Counted from the first letter of the stretch, positions 1-9,949 are shown. The stretch: DNA of 54,389 bases from an uncultured Clostridium sp. (GCA_964608075.1 CAZSMG010000003.1:1-54389), one strand, 5' to 3'. Notes: generated by a model not told the origin, from the sequence alone. A program made the numbers and translations.

Positions 1-1
1 T

Positions 2-328
2 TATAAAGGCTTATATAATGGAGAAACAGCAGATGATATTGCCAAAAGAAAAGGATTAAGATATAGGGAAGATATTTTAGACAATATGGGAAGCACAGAA
101 TTAATTGCTAATTTATTTAGAATATCACAAACAGAGGAAAAATTGATAAGGGATAATATAAAAACTGAAAAAGAAGCAAATAAAACTCATTATAATGTTG
201 GAGCAAAAGTAAGAAAAACAATAATGGAACTTGGTGGAAGAATGCCAGAAGATTTACCTACTCCTAAAAAGAGCTTAAAACAATTAGAAAAAGAAAATAA
301 TATAAATTTAAAAAAGTTATATAAGTAA
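2..328 (+). CDS. DNA-damage-inducible protein D (DinD)-like protein, C-terminal fragment; the 5' end lies outside the window
   Basis: The frame is open from the window edge (...YKGLYNGETADDIAKRKGLRYREDILDNMGSTELIANLFRISQTEEKL...). By eye its C-terminal region aligns with the C-terminus of the Bro-N protein at 26243-27112 (R-E-x-L-x-DNM...E...). Confidence 0.6.
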   Translation, partial: YKGLYNGETADDIAKRKGLRYREDILDNMGSTELIANLFRISQTEEKLIRDNIKTEKEANKTHYNVGAKVRKTIMELGGRMPEDLPTPKKSLKQLEKENNINLKKLYK

Positions 329-353
329 TATTATTTAAAAATATACTGAAACA

Positions 354-382
354 TTGATAAAAGCGCCACCTTATTTTATAAT
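354..382 (+). promoter_or_regulatory. sigma-A-type promoter (TTGATA-17-TATAAT)
   Basis: Near-consensus -35 and -10 hexamers with a 17-nt spacer, about 145 nt upstream of the ATG at 527. Confidence 0.5.
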
Positions 383-446
383 ATGTAGTAGATAATTTAA
401 AGATTTCATTAATGTAATAATTTATATGAAAATTAGGTAAAAAAAT

Positions 447-527
447 ATGTCGTTATATTGGTATTTATTATCAACAATAATTAGTATAAAACAAATAATA
501 ACAATAGAAAGGAAGAAAAACGTTTAA
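447..527 (+). CDS. hypothetical 26-aa hydrophobic mini-ORF (MSLYWYLLSTIISIKQIITIERKKNV)
   Basis: The ATG is preceded by AGGT 8 nt upstream. Its TAA stop overlaps the ATG of the next gene (TAATG). It falls below the ORF-track length cutoff. Confidence 0.3.
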   Translation: MSLYWYLLSTIISIKQIITIERKKNV

Positions 528-1057
528 TGAATTTATATGTAATTAGACATGGAGAAACTAACATGGGAAAAAATAATATTATAGCTACTGAAACTGAACC
601 ACTAAATGAAACAGGAATAGAACAAGCAATAGAAATAGGAAAAGAAATTAGAAAATTAAATATTGATAAAATATATTGTTCGCCAATACAAAGAGCAAAA
701 GATACATTGAGTTTTTTTGGATTAGATAAAAATATCCCTATAATTATTGAAAATAGAATAAAAGAGAGAAACATGGGAATATATGAAAAAATTCCTTTTG
801 AAAAATTAAAATGGGATGAATTTTGGAACTTTAATTCAGATAGATTATATCCAGAATTAGAAACTATGAAAAATGTATATGAAAGAATATCAGAGTTTTT
901 AAATGAACTAAAGTCAAATAACTGCAATGATAATATTCTATTAGTAACTCATGGAGGAATATCAAGAGCAATTTATTGGTATTTTAATGGAATACCAGCA
1001 AATGGAAATTCATCAAATATTAATGAAAATTGTAAAATTTATAGTTATAAATTATAA
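527..1057 (+). CDS. histidine phosphatase family protein (phosphoglycerate-mutase-like)
   Basis: N-terminal catalytic RHGET motif (LYVIRHGETN), SPIQRAKDT, and a C-terminal LLVTHGG histidine motif. Confidence 0.85.
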   Translation: MNLYVIRHGETNMGKNNIIATETEPLNETGIEQAIEIGKEIRKLNIDKIYCSPIQRAKDTLSFFGLDKNIPIIIENRIKERNMGIYEKIPFEKLKWDEFWNFNSDRLYPELETMKNVYERISEFLNELKSNNCNDNILLVTHGGISRAIYWYFNGIPANGNSSNINENCKIYSYKL

Positions 1058-1421
1058 AATGATTTAATTATATATATTTTGTGTAATCTTATTAGTATAT
1101 AGGAAAACTTGAAAAAAGAGTAATACTCATAAGTTATGGTAAAATAAGTGTTATACTATATTGTTGCATAATACTTATTTTATTAATATAAATATAATGG
1201 TTATACATAGTATAATTTATCTATTAATTTTGAATATAAAATTGTTCAATTTCGTATTTAAGTAATATAAAATTTATTAATTCTAGATAAATATGTTATA
1301 ATAAATCACAAACACTTAAAAATAAATAAATGTTAAAATTAGTTGACAAATTTCCAACTATAATTGGTAGAAAGCAACTAGGAAAATAAGTATAATTTTG
1401 CAAGAAAGGAAAGGTGGATTT

Positions 1422-2081
1422 ATGAATATAGGAGAAAAATTATTTGAACTAAGAAAAGAAAAAAATCTATCACAAGAAGAAGTTGCAGATAAATTAAATG
1501 TAACAAGACAAACAATATCAAAATGGGAAACAAATCAAAGTACACCAGATTTTGATAAAATAGTTCCATTGTGTGAGCTATTCAAAATAACAACAGAAGA
1601 GTTACTAACAGGAAAAAAACCAGAAGAAAACAATACTAAACAAGAAGAAAAAGAAATTGTAGAAGAAAAAATACCAACAAGACAAGAGGTAAGACAAAAG
1701 TCAGCAGAAGTGGTAAGTACATCAGTTTTTATGTACATATTAGCTGTAGTTGTTATAATTATAGCAATACCATTATTAAATATGAACCCTATATTAGCAA
1801 CAGCAATATTTTTAATTATAATAGCTTGGGCAACAGCAAGAATTATAAAACATTATATGTCAGTACCTAAATTTGAAAAAACAAAAGAAGAGAAAAAAGA
1901 AGATGCAATATTAAAACAAATTAATGGTATTGTAGGAGCTATATGTGTAGCAATATATTTTATAATAAGTTTTACAACTATGGCTTGGCATATAACTTGG
2001 GTTATATTTATAATAGATGGACTAATATGTCAAATTATTAAACTAATATTTATGTTAAAGGAGGAAAGACCAAATGAATAA
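1422..2081 (+). CDS. membrane-anchored XRE-family helix-turn-helix transcriptional regulator
   Basis: ATG at 1422 follows the AAGGAAAGGTGG RBS; the track start at 1398 is TTG. N-terminal HTH is LRKEKNLSQEEVADKLNVTRQTISKWETNQSTP. The C-terminal half has about 4 hydrophobic helices. Confidence 0.85.
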   Translation: MNIGEKLFELRKEKNLSQEEVADKLNVTRQTISKWETNQSTPDFDKIVPLCELFKITTEELLTGKKPEENNTKQEEKEIVEEKIPTRQEVRQKSAEVVSTSVFMYILAVVVIIIAIPLLNMNPILATAIFLIIIAWATARIIKHYMSVPKFEKTKEEKKEDAILKQINGIVGAICVAIYFIISFTTMAWHITWVIFIIDGLICQIIKLIFMLKEERPNE

Positions 2082-2868
2082 TAAAGGATTAATAATAACT
2101 TTAATTGTTTTACTATCAATAATAATATTTTTATTAGTTATGTTTCTTGTAGCAGCTTTAAACGGAAATTTTAGATTTGGAACTTTTGGTATAAATTTAG
2201 GAAAAAGTAATACTAATATAGTATTTGATGAAAAATTTAATCAAGAAGAAGTAAAAAATATTGAAGTTTTATCAAATGCAGGAAATGTTATTTTTAAAGA
2301 AAGCACTGGAGATAATATAGAAGTTTTAGCATATGGAAAAGATAGAGGAGATGTAAAAGTTACTCTAGAAGATAATAAATTAAAAGTAGATTACTCTAAT
2401 CATAGTAATAGATGGATTTCATTTAATTTCTACACTAATGATATATATGTATATGTTCCAAAACAATATTCAGAAGTTATTAATATAGATAACAATTATG
2501 GAAATTGTGAAATAATTAGTTTAAATGATGCAACTATAAACATTTCTTGTGATTGTGGAAATATAAATATAGGAAAAGTAAAAAATGCTAATTTGAAATG
2601 TGACTATGGAAATATAGAAGTAGATACAATTTTAAATAAATGTAAAATAAATGCAGATTGTGGAAATGTTAAAATACAAGATATGCAAATTAAAGAAAAT
2701 TCATCAATAAAATGTGATTTAGGAGATATTAAAATAAACAAGATAAATGATATTTTTGTTGATGCAAAAGTTGACTTAGGTGATGTTAAAATAGAAAATA
2801 ATAATAGACAATCTGAAATAACTCTTAAAATAGATGCAGATTGTGGAAATATTAAAGTTGGTAATTAA
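2074..2868 (+). CDS. DUF4097-like beta-helical repeat protein with N-terminal membrane anchor
   Basis: N-terminal TM helix, then six roughly 20-aa repeats of the type CD(C/Y/L)GN(I/V)x(I/V) (CDCGNINIG, CDYGNIEVD, ADCGNVKIQ, CDLGDIKIN, VDLGDVKIE, ADCGNIKVG). The start overlaps the stop of the regulator gene. Confidence 0.7.
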   Translation: MNNKGLIITLIVLLSIIIFLLVMFLVAALNGNFRFGTFGINLGKSNTNIVFDEKFNQEEVKNIEVLSNAGNVIFKESTGDNIEVLAYGKDRGDVKVTLEDNKLKVDYSNHSNRWISFNFYTNDIYVYVPKQYSEVINIDNNYGNCEIISLNDATINISCDCGNINIGKVKNANLKCDYGNIEVDTILNKCKINADCGNVKIQDMQIKENSSIKCDLGDIKINKINDIFVDAKVDLGDVKIENNNRQSEITLKIDADCGNIKVGN

Positions 2869-3093
2869 AATTTTAAATATGAAGAAAAAACGCTAACTAA
2901 CAAGCGTTGTATATAAATAGTCAGTACGAAGAATAGGGGGCTTTTGTAAGTAGGCTCTCTTTTTATTTTGTATTAAAAAATTCTTTTTACTAATTGAACT
3001 ATTATGTTAATTATGATAAAATATAAGAGTAAGAAATAAAATTACTATTTATTGAATATAATATTAATATAGATTAAAAAGGGGAAAATCTGT

Positions 3094-3726
3094 ATGAGTA
3101 AAAAGAAAAATAAGAAAAAGAATAAAATTAAAAATTATAATAAACAAAAACAATTAAAACAAATTCAGGCTAAAAAAATAGATAATAATTTAGAAGAGAT
3201 AAGAAAAGATATAAGTAATATTACACAAATATCTGAAAAAGAGAAAGAACAAGAAGAAATAAATAAAGTTGATAATAAAAACACTGATAAAAAAGAACAT
3301 GATGAACAAAAACAAGAAAAAGAAAAACAAAAGGAAAATAAACAACTAATTGTAAAAAAAGAGTATAATTTCAAAGAGCAAAAAGATATTGCAAAAAAGA
3401 TATTTAAACAAATTATAAAAATATTTAAAATACTAGCAAAATTAATAATATCATGTTTTATTATAACTGCTATATATTCAATTCTTATAATTTTAGCAAC
3501 TTTATTTTTTGGAATTAGTTTTGCAGGAGTAGGAATATTTGTAATAGGGATTATAGGAACAATATTTAATATTACAAAGCTAATAACAAAAATAGGAGCG
3601 GTAGCTTGTATATTTATAGGTATGGGAAGTGTATGTTTAGGAATATTTTTAATGGTATTAATAATAGAAGTTATAAAGAAATTTATATTATATATTAAAA
3701 ATAATATTAAAAAAATATTAAAATAA
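3094..3726 (+). CDS. hypothetical membrane protein with Lys/Glu-rich N-terminal half
   Basis: RBS AAAGGGGAAAA. A highly charged, low-complexity N-terminus is followed by 3-4 hydrophobic helices. No family recognised. Confidence 0.5.
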   Translation: MSKKKNKKKNKIKNYNKQKQLKQIQAKKIDNNLEEIRKDISNITQISEKEKEQEEINKVDNKNTDKKEHDEQKQEKEKQKENKQLIVKKEYNFKEQKDIAKKIFKQIIKIFKILAKLIISCFIITAIYSILIILATLFFGISFAGVGIFVIGIIGTIFNITKLITKIGAVACIFIGMGSVCLGIFLMVLIIEVIKKFILYIKNNIKKILK

Positions 3727-3741
3727 ATAATAATAAACTAG

Positions 3742-3768
3742 AAAGCAATAAATTTTTATTGCTTTTTT
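3742..3768 (+). terminator. rho-independent terminator
   Basis: AAAGCAATAAA...TTTATTGCTTT hairpin followed by a T-run. Confidence 0.6.
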
Positions 3769-3819
3769 CTATTGCGTATTATATTCCAGAAATTGTAATA
3801 AAAAAGTTAACAAAATTCA

Positions 3820-3848
3820 TTGACATATTAAGCAAAAGTAAATATAAT
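3820..3848 (+). promoter_or_regulatory. consensus sigma-A promoter (TTGACA-17-TATAAT) for the tagD operon
   Basis: Perfect -35 and -10 hexamers with a 17-nt spacer, 67 nt upstream of the tagD ATG. Confidence 0.7.
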
Positions 3849-3914
3849 AAAACATAGAATGTAATATTATGAAATATAATGAATTTTTATGTAAAAATAA
3901 GAGGTAAAATAAAG

Positions 3915-4361
3915 ATGAAAAGAGTTTTAACATATGGAACATTTGATTTATTACATTATGGACATATACGATTATTGCAAAGGGCGAAAGAATTAGGAGA
4001 TTATTTAATAGTTGCATTATCTACAGATGAATTTAATGAAATAAAACATAAAAAAGCATATCACAGTTATGAAACAAGAAAAAAAATGTTAGAAGCTATA
4101 AGATATGTAGATTTAGTAATTCCAGAAGAAAATTGGGAACAAAAAATAAATGATGTAAAAAAATACTATGTTGATATAGTCGTTATGGGAAGTGACTGGA
4201 AAGATAACGAAAAGTTTGAAGCTTTAAAGAAATATTGTGACGTTGTATATTTAGAAAGAACAGAAGGAGTATCAACAACAAAAATAAAAAAAGAATTGGG
4301 TCTACAAAAAGCATCAAGTGGCTTAGACCAAATACCTACACCAAAAGCAGAGAAAAAATAA
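3915..4361 (+). CDS. tagD: glycerol-3-phosphate cytidylyltransferase
   Basis: ATG at 3915 follows AGAGGT. Motifs: MKRVLTYGTFDLLHYGHIRLLQRAKELGDYLIVALSTDEFN (HxGH nucleotidyltransferase motif) and RTEGVSTT. Confidence 0.9.
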   Translation: MKRVLTYGTFDLLHYGHIRLLQRAKELGDYLIVALSTDEFNEIKHKKAYHSYETRKKMLEAIRYVDLVIPEENWEQKINDVKKYYVDIVVMGSDWKDNEKFEALKKYCDVVYLERTEGVSTTKIKKELGLQKASSGLDQIPTPKAEKK

Positions 4362-4372
4362 AGGGTGATTTT

Positions 4373-5545
4373 GTGAAAAAATTATGTATAAAATGTTTTA
4401 TACTTATACTTAAAATAATATATTCTCCAATAAAACTTTTAAAAGTGCAAAAAAAAGTTGTCTATATAAGCAGACAATTTAATAAAAGCACATTAGACTT
4501 TGATTTAATTGTAAAAGATATGGAAGAAAAATATCCTAATGTAAAAAATGTTGTTTTAGCAAGAAGAATGGAAAAAGGAATTTTAAGTAAAATTACTTAC
4601 TTATTTCATATGATTTTACAAATGTATCATATATCAACATCAAAGGTTGTTATAGTAGATAGTTATTGTATAGTAGTAAGTGTATTAAAACACAAAGAAG
4701 AAACAAAAATAATACAAATATGGCACGCAATATCAGCAATTAAAAAATTTGGATATCAAACAATTGGAAAAACAACAGGAGCAGATAAGGTAATTGCAGA
4801 TGCAATGTGTATGCATAAAAACTATGATTATATATTATGTTCAAGCAAAATAACTGCAAAATATTTTGAAGAAGCATTTAACACAGAAAAAGAAAAAATT
4901 AAATATTTAGGATTACCAAGATTAGATTATATCTTACAAGAAGACAAAGAAAAAACAAAAGAAATTTACAATACATATCCTGAATTAAAAGATAAAATAA
5001 ACATATTATATGTTCCAACATTTAGAAAATTTAGAAAAGTAAAAATAAATGATGTAATTCAAAGAATAAACACAAAAAGATATAACTTAATTGTAAAATT
5101 ACATCCATTAGATAAAAAGAATTATACATATTTACAAAAAGATGGAGTTATTTATGATGATAAGTTTAAATCATATGATTGGCTTAAAATGTGTGATAAA
5201 GTAATAACAGATTATTCATCACTAGCAATGGAGGCAAGCTTATTAGGAAAACCATTATACTTTTATATATATGATTTTAAAATATATCAAGAAGATCCAG
5301 GGCTTAACTTTGATTTTAAAAAAGAGAAAATCAGTAAATATTCAACAAATAGTCCTAAGAAAATAGTAAATATGTTAGATAGAACTTATGACTTTAGTAT
5401 ATTAGAGGAATTTAAAAGAAGATACATAAATATAGAAAGCAATAGTTATACAGAAGATTTAACAAAATTTATTATGCAATTAATTAATGAAGAATATGAA
5501 GAACAAGTACAAAAGATAGAAGTTAAAGAAGAAATTAAAGTTTAA
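4373..5545 (+). CDS. CDP-glycerol glycerophosphotransferase family protein (TagB/TagF-type)
   Basis: GTG start follows AAGGGTGA. Family motifs: IWHAISAIKKFGYQ, YVPTFR, VITDYSSLAMEASLLGKPLYFYIYD. Confidence 0.8.
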   Translation: MKKLCIKCFILILKIIYSPIKLLKVQKKVVYISRQFNKSTLDFDLIVKDMEEKYPNVKNVVLARRMEKGILSKITYLFHMILQMYHISTSKVVIVDSYCIVVSVLKHKEETKIIQIWHAISAIKKFGYQTIGKTTGADKVIADAMCMHKNYDYILCSSKITAKYFEEAFNTEKEKIKYLGLPRLDYILQEDKEKTKEIYNTYPELKDKINILYVPTFRKFRKVKINDVIQRINTKRYNLIVKLHPLDKKNYTYLQKDGVIYDDKFKSYDWLKMCDKVITDYSSLAMEASLLGKPLYFYIYDFKIYQEDPGLNFDFKKEKISKYSTNSPKKIVNMLDRTYDFSILEEFKRRYINIESNSYTEDLTKFIMQLINEEYEEQVQKIEVKEEIKV

Positions 5546-5568
5546 TATGTACAAGTAAGGGGATAAAA

Positions 5569-6822
5569 ATGAAACAGCTGTTAAAGAAAATTGTAACTAG
5601 CTTATCAAAAAAAAGTGTACTACTTAGGAAGATAATAAGAAAATTATTATATATATATAGATATTTAATATTTAAAATAAGAACAATAGGGATAAAAGTA
5701 GAGAATAAAACAATAATATTTTCTACTTTTAATGGTAAATCATATAGTTGTAGTCCAAAAGCAATATATGAGTATATGCTAAATGATAATAAATATAAGG
5801 ACTACAATTTTATATGGGCTTTTAGAAATCCAGAAAATTACAAATATGTAAAAAATAACAAAAATACAGAGGTTGTAAAAACAGGAAGTAAAGAGTTTTC
5901 AAAGGCAATTGCTAAATCTAAATATTGGGTATTTAATTATAAAATAGCAGATCAATTATATCCAAAAAAAAATCAAGTATTTTTACAATGCTGGCATGGT
6001 ACACCACTTAAAAGATTAGGTTGTGATTTAATACATTTTGATAATACATTAAATACAATTAAAGAAATGAAAAAAAGATATAAAGTAGAAGCAGAAAAAT
6101 TTAATTATTTTATATCGCCTTCAAAATATGCATCAGATAAATTTATATCAGCTTGGAATTTAAAAGAAATAGGAAAAGAAAATATAATAATAGAACAAGG
6201 ATATCCTAGAAACGATTTTTTATTTAATTATACAGACAAAGATGTTCAAAAAATAAAAAAAGAATTAGGAATAGAAAACATAAACAAAAAAATTATACTT
6301 TATGCACCAACATATAGAGGAGACCAACATGCATCAGGAATAGGTTATACATATAAAGCAGAAGTTGATTTTGAAAGACTTCAAAAAGAGTTACAAGATG
6401 AGTATATAATTTTATTTAGGGCTCACTATTTTGTAGCAAATTCATTTGATTTTGAAAAATATAAAGGATTTGTATACAATGTTTCAGATGTAGATGATAT
6501 AAATGAATTATATATAATTTCTGATATATTAATAACAGACTACTCAAGTGTATTTTTTGATTATGCAAATTTAAAAAGACCAATGATATTCCATATGTAT
6601 GACTTAGAACATTATAGAGATGAGTCTAATGGATTCTATTTTGATGTAGAAGAAGAATTACCAGGTAAAATAACTAAAACAGACGAGGAATTATTGCAAG
6701 AGATTAAAAAAGTGTCTAAAGAATTTACATATGACGATAAATATAAAAAGTTTAATGAAAAGTTTAACTACTTAGATGATGGCAAAGCAAGCAAAAGGGT
6801 AGCTCAAGTAGTTATAAACTAA
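5569..6822 (+). CDS. CDP-glycerol glycerophosphotransferase family protein (TagF/TarF-type)
   Basis: Family motifs: QCWHGTPLKRLG, LYAPTYRG, LITDYSSVFFDYANLKRPMIFHMYD. Confidence 0.85.
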   Translation: MKQLLKKIVTSLSKKSVLLRKIIRKLLYIYRYLIFKIRTIGIKVENKTIIFSTFNGKSYSCSPKAIYEYMLNDNKYKDYNFIWAFRNPENYKYVKNNKNTEVVKTGSKEFSKAIAKSKYWVFNYKIADQLYPKKNQVFLQCWHGTPLKRLGCDLIHFDNTLNTIKEMKKRYKVEAEKFNYFISPSKYASDKFISAWNLKEIGKENIIIEQGYPRNDFLFNYTDKDVQKIKKELGIENINKKIILYAPTYRGDQHASGIGYTYKAEVDFERLQKELQDEYIILFRAHYFVANSFDFEKYKGFVYNVSDVDDINELYIISDILITDYSSVFFDYANLKRPMIFHMYDLEHYRDESNGFYFDVEEELPGKITKTDEELLQEIKKVSKEFTYDDKYKKFNEKFNYLDDGKASKRVAQVVIN

Positions 6823-6833
6823 AGGGGAAGATA

Positions 6834-7787
6834 ATGAAAAAAGTATCATTAGTAATACCAATGTATTATGAAGAAAAGGTAGTAGAAGAATGTTATAAAA
6901 GAGTTAAAGAAGTTTTAGAAAAGATAGAAAACTACGAATACGAAATAATTTTTATAAATGATGGAAGTAAAGACAAAACTTTAGAGTTATTAGAAAATGT
7001 AGCTAAAGAAGACAAAAATGTAAAAGTAATATCTTTTGCAAGAAATTTTGGACATCAAGCAGCAGTTACAGCAGGTTTAAAAGAAGTTACAGGGGATGTA
7101 GTTGTAATAATAGATGCAGATCTGCAAGATCCACCTGAATTAATACCAGATATGCTAAAACTTTGGGAACAAGGAAACGAAATTGTATATGGCAAAAGAA
7201 AGAAAAGAGATGGAGAATCTGTATTTAAAGTGCTAACAGCTAAAATGTTTTATAAAACATTAAATGCATTGTCAGATGTTGATATACCTAAAGATACAGG
7301 AGATTTTAGATTAGTAGATAAAAAAGTAGTAGACCAAATGAATAGTCTGCCAGAACATAATAAATTTTTAAGAGGTTTATGGAGTTGGTTAGGATTTAAA
7401 CAATATGCATTTGAATATGAAAGAAAAGAAAGATTTGCAGGAGAAACAAAATATCCATTAAAGAAAATGCTTAAACTTGCATCTGATGGAATAATAAGTT
7501 TTTCTAGTAAGCCAATTAAGTTAGTAGGAGCATTAGGAATTATTTCAATTATTATATCTATAATTTTATTTATATATGCAATAATTGCATATACATTTAA
7601 GTTTAGTGGACTTTCTGCAGGTTGGACATCAATAATAGTAGCAATTTCGTTTTTTAGTGGAGTACAGTTACTATCATTATGGATTATATCTGAATATATA
7701 GGAAGAATATATGATGAAAGTAAGGGAAGACCACAATATATAGTAGACAAAAAGATTAATATAAAAGAAGATAATAAAACAGATTGA
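6834..7787 (+). CDS. GT2 polyprenyl-phosphate glycosyltransferase (GtrB/CsbB-like)
   Basis: Motifs VSLVIPMYYEE, FINDGSKD, IIDADLQDPPE (DxD). Two C-terminal TM helices, as in GtrB/CsbB. Confidence 0.85.
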   Translation: MKKVSLVIPMYYEEKVVEECYKRVKEVLEKIENYEYEIIFINDGSKDKTLELLENVAKEDKNVKVISFARNFGHQAAVTAGLKEVTGDVVVIIDADLQDPPELIPDMLKLWEQGNEIVYGKRKKRDGESVFKVLTAKMFYKTLNALSDVDIPKDTGDFRLVDKKVVDQMNSLPEHNKFLRGLWSWLGFKQYAFEYERKERFAGETKYPLKKMLKLASDGIISFSSKPIKLVGALGIISIIISIILFIYAIIAYTFKFSGLSAGWTSIIVAISFFSGVQLLSLWIISEYIGRIYDESKGRPQYIVDKKINIKEDNKTD

Positions 7788-7804
7788 AAATAAGAGGAAA
7801 ATTA

Positions 7805-9949
7805 ATGAAAATTGAAAAGATAAAAAATATCTTATATAAAGTAATGCTTGTAATTCTATTTATATTAGCTTCATATGTTACATATTGTTCGGTATTTAAT
7901 ATTTATGATTCAAAAGAAGTTTTAAGCCCAATAGTCATTATATTAGGAACAATAGTAAGTATATGTTTATTTATTGCTTTAAAAAAAGCATTTACTAAAT
8001 TACAAGAAAAGACTTCAAATAAAATAGCTGTAATTATTTGCATTATATTTTTTATTGCATTAATAATATTTGGAAAAGTAGTAATGGCAATTCCAGGTTA
8101 TGATGCAGCAGACTTACAACAACAAGCAATAAAAATGTTAGATAATAGTGGCAAGTTTAATGATGAGGAATATTTTTCAATATATACAAATCAAGTGCCA
8201 GCAACAATATTAATATATTATATATATAAAATTGGAATTATACTAGGCATATCAAATTTAAGAATGTTTGCAACTATAATAAATGCATTATTTATAGCTA
8301 TAACAGCATTTTTTACATATATGTCTGTTAAAAAACTAAAAGACTATAAGTTGGCATTAATAACATTAGTATTTTTTGTACTAAATCCAATATTTTATTT
8401 ATACACATCTTATTATTATACAGACACATTGTGCATGCCATTTGCTGCAACTGCAATGTATCTGTTTATATCTGCTATAAAATCTGATAATAGGAAAAGG
8501 GCAATATTATCATTAGTTGGAAGCGGAATAATAGTAATGCTTGGATTTAAAATAAGAGCAGTTCTTATAATATTGCCAGTAGCTATGATATTACAAATAA
8601 TATTAAACAATAAAATTAACAAAAAAACATTGATAAATTTATCAAGTATTATCATAGGTGCTTTTATTGGAGTTATAATATATACATTAATTGCAATTCC
8701 TTTTAATGTACCAAAAGATAAAGATACAGAATTTCCTGCATTACATTGGGTAATGATAGGATTAAACAAAGAAACTGATGGAGCATGGACAGATACAGAA
8801 TATAAATACACAAAAAAATATGAAACAGCAGAAACAAAAAAACAAGCAGATTTAAAAATAATAAAGAAAAGACTAAAAGAATTAGGAATAAAAGGATATT
8901 ATGATTTATCTAAAGTAAAGCTTTCGCAAACATGGTCAAATGGACAATATCATGCATGGGATCATTTAGACAATGTAGAAGATTTTAACATAGTTTATGA
9001 ATATGTAAACGGAAATAAACAAAAATTTATGCTTTATTATTTACAAATTTGTAAGACATTATTATTGCTATTGTTTACAATATCTGTAGCAAAAGAAATA
9101 TTAAAAAAAGATGAAGAAAAATTAAATGGTTTTATTTATATATCAATATTTGGAGCATTTTTATTTTATATGCTATGGGAAGTAATGTGCAGATATAGTT
9201 TATCATTTTTACCATGGATGATTCTCGCATTTGGAACAGGAATAACTATATTAGAAGATATGTTAAATAAATGTAAAAAAATGATATACAAAGATAAACC
9301 AGTAGTTATAGGCAAAGCAGAAATAGTAATTGTACTTATATCTGCAACAATTGTTTTACTTGCTTATAACTATCCAAAATATACAATACAAGAAAATATA
9401 TATAAGGATAAAGTAATTGTTCAAAATAAAGTAAGAGGTTTAGAACTTAAAAAAATATCAAATAAGAAAATAGAGCAAACTTTTAAAACTTCTAAAGAAT
9501 TTAATATAATTTCTATAGAATTTTTAAAAGGATATTCAAAAAATGAAACAACTACAACACATTACAAGTTTACTTTGTATGATGAAAATAAAAGTATTTT
9601 AAATGAGCAAGACTTTACAAGTGGTGATGTAAAAAGTTGGAGGTCAAAAGAATTTAAGTTTAATACTCAAATTCCAAATGGAGAAAAACAATATACTTTT
9701 GAAATAACATCAAGTGATGCAACAGAAGATAATTGTATAGGTATATCATCATATTTTCAAGAATATTACTCAGTTTACAAAGATGGAACTTTAAAAGTTA
9801 ATGATGAAGAAATAAAAGATGCAGATTTAAGATTTATGGTTAAAAACGAAAATAGCAGAACTTATACAAGTAAAATGTTTTATGTAATAATATCTATAAT
9901 GATATTGATAATAGAGGGAATGTTATTTTATATAATTTATAAGAATTGA
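7805..9949 (+). CDS. GT-C fold membrane glycosyltransferase (ArnT/PMT-like) with extracytoplasmic C-terminal domain
   Basis: ATG at 7805 follows AAGAGGAAAA; the track start at 7784 is TTG. At least 10 hydrophobic helices occupy the first ~520 aa. A ~170-aa soluble beta-rich region and a final TM helix follow. The gene sits directly downstream of the GtrB-like gene. Confidence 0.65.
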   Translation: MKIEKIKNILYKVMLVILFILASYVTYCSVFNIYDSKEVLSPIVIILGTIVSICLFIALKKAFTKLQEKTSNKIAVIICIIFFIALIIFGKVVMAIPGYDAADLQQQAIKMLDNSGKFNDEEYFSIYTNQVPATILIYYIYKIGIILGISNLRMFATIINALFIAITAFFTYMSVKKLKDYKLALITLVFFVLNPIFYLYTSYYYTDTLCMPFAATAMYLFISAIKSDNRKRAILSLVGSGIIVMLGFKIRAVLIILPVAMILQIILNNKINKKTLINLSSIIIGAFIGVIIYTLIAIPFNVPKDKDTEFPALHWVMIGLNKETDGAWTDTEYKYTKKYETAETKKQADLKIIKKRLKELGIKGYYDLSKVKLSQTWSNGQYHAWDHLDNVEDFNIVYEYVNGNKQKFMLYYLQICKTLLLLLFTISVAKEILKKDEEKLNGFIYISIFGAFLFYMLWEVMCRYSLSFLPWMILAFGTGITILEDMLNKCKKMIYKDKPVVIGKAEIVIVLISATIVLLAYNYPKYTIQENIYKDKVIVQNKVRGLELKKISNKKIEQTFKTSKEFNIISIEFLKGYSKNETTTTHYKFTLYDENKSILNEQDFTSGDVKSWRSKEFKFNTQIPNGEKQYTFEITSSDATEDNCIGISSYFQEYYSVYKDGTLKVNDEEIKDADLRFMVKNENSRTYTSKMFYVIISIMILIIEGMLFYIIYKN

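Noticed and set aside
1343-1396. TTGACA followed by CCAACTATAATTGG, considered as a palindromic operator for the XRE regulator.
   Set aside because: Only 4+4 nt of true dyad symmetry, and the spacing of the -10 candidates to the -35 is poor (10 or 21 nt). Evidence is too weak to annotate.
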